From contig NC_083277.1 of assembly GCF_963506605.1 (NCBI RefSeq), forward strand, positions 9,238,001 to 9,302,000: a stretch of DNA of 64,000 nucleotides. Direction: 5' to 3'. This document shows positions 63,537-64,000 of this stretch, one piece after another (positions within the stretch are counted from its first letter, which is position 1; every line of letters starts with the position of its first letter). The notes beneath the pieces were generated by a model. That model saw only the letters and a program-made list of their open reading frames with translations, ran no database searches and was not told the DNA's origin. The stretch is from Zootoca vivipara. Lineage: Eukaryota. The translations under genes were made by a program, and so were the position numbers.

Positions 63537-63795
63537 GATCGTGAAGCTGAGGCTCCAATACTTTGGCCACCTCATGAGAAGAGAAGAATCCTTGGAAAAG
63601 ACCTTGATGCTGGGAAAGATGGAGGGCACAAGGAGAAGGGGACGACAGAGGACAAGATGGTTGGACAGTGTTCTCGAAGCTACGAACATGAGTTTGACCA
63701 AACTGCGGGAGGCAGTGCAAGACAGGAGTGCCTGGCGTGCTATGGTCCATGGGGTCACGAAGAGTCGGACACGACTAAACGACTAAACAACAACA
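63537..63795 (+). mobile_element. BovB (RTE) LINE 3' fragment
   Basis: LQYFGHLMRREESLEKTLMLGK...RRRGRQRTRWLD...VHGVTKSRTRL; (CAA)n tail. Confidence 0.92.
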
Positions 63796-64000
63796 TGTTG
63801 AGCACAAGAATTAAGAGCAAAGCAAATAAAGAGTTGCCAAGTTTTTCTTTGGAGGGGGGCTCCTCTGCCTTTTGCAGCCATGTGACAGGCAGAAGTTACT
63901 ACTATTATTTATCGCTTCTTTATGCTGTGAACAACAACAACAACAATTTATTATTTATACCCCGCCTATCTGGCTGGGCTTCCCCAGCCACTCTGGGCGG

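Overview
Eukaryotic (vertebrate) DNA, most likely a squamate and probably a lacertid lizard, judged from Sauria/Squam1-type and Squam3-type SINEs, BovB, CR1, L2 and hAT MITEs. The window is a C2H2 zinc-finger gene cluster with five hand-spliced genes in strictly alternating orientation. A (-): SCAN + 12 fingers. B (+): no SCAN, 9 fingers. C (-): SCAN + 7 fingers. D (+): no effector domain, 12 fingers. E (-): 11 fingers behind an unrecognised multi-exon N-terminus. No intact KRAB domain is seen, but A, B and C carry a 121-127 bp phase 0-to-1 exon that keeps the KRAB-A register. Most notable observations: (1) a 2.05 kb non-autonomous L1-type retroelement with an 18 bp TSD and an orphan 142 aa ORF; (2) gene A's stop codon and ~80 aa tail come from an L2 LINE read in a shifted frame; (3) a full-length Tigger/pogo transposon with perfect TIRs and an uninterrupted DD36D transposase ORF; (4) gene E's N-terminus appears built from duplicated exons carrying SUMO-consensus motifs; (5) Penelope-type minimal hammerhead motifs, intact in antisense and mutated in the sense 3'UTR copy; (6) an intronic foldback with ~170 bp arms. 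Gene models come from reading splice sites and phases by eye and have no transcript support.
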